From positions 62,001 through 126,000 of the forward strand of contig JBEUKZ010000082.1 of NCBI GenBank assembly GCA_048128005.1: DNA of 64,000 bases, written 5' to 3'. Below are positions 63,101-64,000 of the stretch, in pieces. Below the pieces are notes generated by a model. That model made no database searches and had not been told where the DNA came from. It worked only from the letters and a program-made list of their open reading frames with translations. This DNA is from Veleropilina oligotropha. Its lineage: Eukaryota. A program made the position numbers and the translations under genes. Every line of letters starts with the position of its first letter. Position 1 is the first letter of the stretch.

Positions 63101-64000
63101 TTTACAGACGGGTCAAAGGACCCAGAAACGTCACAAACATCCGCAGCAGTGGTAATCCCAGAGTTAAAAGTAAATAAATCATTCAAACTATCAAACAACT
63201 TATCTGTGTATAGCACAGAACTGATAGCTATTGAAAAAGCATTGGAAATAATCCACATAATTGAACCAACAAAAGTTGTAATCCTGTCAGACTCCTTAAG
63301 TGGACTTCAGTCTCTACAACCCTCAAAAAGTTCAACAAGACCAGATCTAATCAATAAAATCAAAACATTAAATGATTCCCTTTTTGATAAAGGAATAGAT
63401 ATAAATCTTGAATGGATCCCAGCTCACGTAGGCATTTTAGGCAATGAAATGGCAGACACAGCAGCAAAAAAGGGAATGACAAACCCAGATTACACTCTAA
63501 ATAATATCCCGCTTAGCCACAACGAAGTCAAAAGCATAGTCAGAACTCACATTAACAATGAGTGGCAAGAACGTTGGAATCACCATGATAAAGGCAGACA
63601 TCTTTTTCAACTTAAAAATAAAATAGGCAAACCAATTAAGATGCAAACTAGTAAACTTGAAAGCAAAACAATAACGCGCCTCCGACTCGGGCATTCAGGT
63701 TTACTAGCTCATAGATATACAATTAAATCATGTGAATCACCAAAATGTCCCCATTGCGACTCTCCGGAAACAGTCGAACATTACCTCTTAAAATGTCCCG
63801 CACATATAAATGAAAGACAAAAGCTTAAAGAATCGTTAAGAACAGCTAATATACTTGAAATCGACAAAAAAACACTTCTAGCACCACCAGAACCAGTAGC
63901 TACCTACACATATAGGGCATTAGCTAAATATATCAAAGACACCGGCTACATCAACAAAATATAGACGAGTGCGCCACCACTAGGCAATAAACTGGCAAAA
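60105..64000 (+). mobile_element. Young, 5'-truncated I-group LINE; the 3' end runs off the window
   Basis: Uninterrupted A-rich ORF2. Only a short possible ORF1 tail (AREDDWVDNKPVFR*) precedes the ATG. Confidence 0.85.
60155..63964 (+). CDS. Intact LINE ORF2 (APE endonuclease, reverse transcriptase, RNase H, CCHC knuckle), I-group (I/Nimb-like)
   Basis: Endonuclease motifs QWN, QET, GDLN, SDH. RT motifs YRPISL, DFEKAYD, PQGS, FADD. RNase H motifs FTDGS, WIPAHVGILGNEMAD. C-terminal CPHC...H...C. Confidence 0.95.
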   Translation: MGLKIIQWNVRGVRANKAELELLINSSKPDVICLQETLLTKSAKFSLHGYTTLRKDFPKGNNTPSRGLAICVKNNLQYREFNLNLATLNGNSIQIYYENKTLRIINLYRNQEHSAQQLKDDLDILTANHNDKTIIVGDLNSHNPLWGSDRTTPHGTNVIDFAAENSFVILNDPHCGTRYNPINQTHSMIDLSIASDTIAHKCHWYVHNNLMGSDHYPILTEIDIAPDIENEEHEPKWNFRKADWKSFHDECLNINKDEIFDNDIEAFNENFVNSIILIADKHIPKTDIRKDDKIPVPWWNDKCKQALKNRKKMLTRSRRTNSPADIEAYKSAKSSARKVIKEAKRDNWQEYCTTLNDRSDSRKVWSKIHKINGKKTRHRIPTLGQTILAKSNKQKAEMLAKSYAQVSSTRNYNRQFLDQKDERETAFRNEPKALNDLTNPLNYPFSMIELTEAFAHKKGTSTGQDKVSYEMFKHMPVNTLELILLLFNATWEKGELPKPWKRAEIIPILKPNKDPNDPKSYRPISLTSNLCKTLEIMINKRIVYHLEKNNLINPNQSGFRKNRQTTDQLVRLENDIRKGFIQNRKTLAVFIDFEKAYDMIWHEGLKEKIKNLGITGRMLNWIGNFLEDRKINVRVENSRSEDYDLENGTPQGSVISPTLFNIMINDLDKTLIENKTTKSSLFADDSAIWNSSKNVKKLEDKMNENLKLIHKWSNEWGFKISESKTVGVLFSKGRQYIKPTLILNNKQLKIEDRATFLGMTFDRKLTWHAHINQLINNCNKMLNLMRCVSGNDWGADRQTLSLLYKALIMSRIDYGCQAYGSAKPHLLKKIEKIQNQALRIITGAFKSTPIASLEVEANIKPLELRRKEMTLNYWAKTKSQVETNPAAKLDTNCNAFQKIEYNKRYVDRPPYGLITRRYNQELKLDKLNIAQNRPADKPPWQHNPVKSSIQLSHMIKKDEPALNIKATTQAFIDEKWNGYLKVFTDGSKDPETSQTSAAVVIPELKVNKSFKLSNNLSVYSTELIAIEKALEIIHIIEPTKVVILSDSLSGLQSLQPSKSSTRPDLINKIKTLNDSLFDKGIDINLEWIPAHVGILGNEMADTAAKKGMTNPDYTLNNIPLSHNEVKSIVRTHINNEWQERWNHHDKGRHLFQLKNKIGKPIKMQTSKLESKTITRLRLGHSGLLAHRYTIKSCESPKCPHCDSPETVEHYLLKCPAHINERQKLKESLRTANILEIDKKTLLAPPEPVATYTYRALAKYIKDTGYINKI

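Overview
Repeat-rich, AT-rich genomic DNA from a eukaryote, most likely a protostome invertebrate such as a lophotrochozoan (inferred from the syndecan sequence and repeat types). Host genes: (1) the last three coding exons of syndecan on + (1980-2034, 8035-8133, 11338-11501), found by manual splicing; (2) two tandem paralogous multi-C2H2 zinc-finger genes on -, each with an intronless CDS (about 29 and about 38 fingers); (3) a two-exon, 327-aa gene on + (50381-50507 joined to 54247-55103) with an N-terminal SAM domain and a possible BEN-like C-terminus. The rest is mostly nested mobile DNA. It includes an intact I-group LINE ORF2 (endonuclease, RT, RNase H), decayed CR1, RTE and Penelope fragments, tRNA-derived SINEs, hAT-like MITEs with 5/6-bp TSDs, Kolobok-like TTAA elements and Helentron/HINE-like elements carrying tandem arrays. 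The most unusual pattern is five elements with unrelated sequences but one architecture: a long palindrome whose tip keeps a tandem GA/GA mismatch (usually with a GNA triloop), next to a module bounded by a short inverted repeat. All calls were made by eye, with no database searches.
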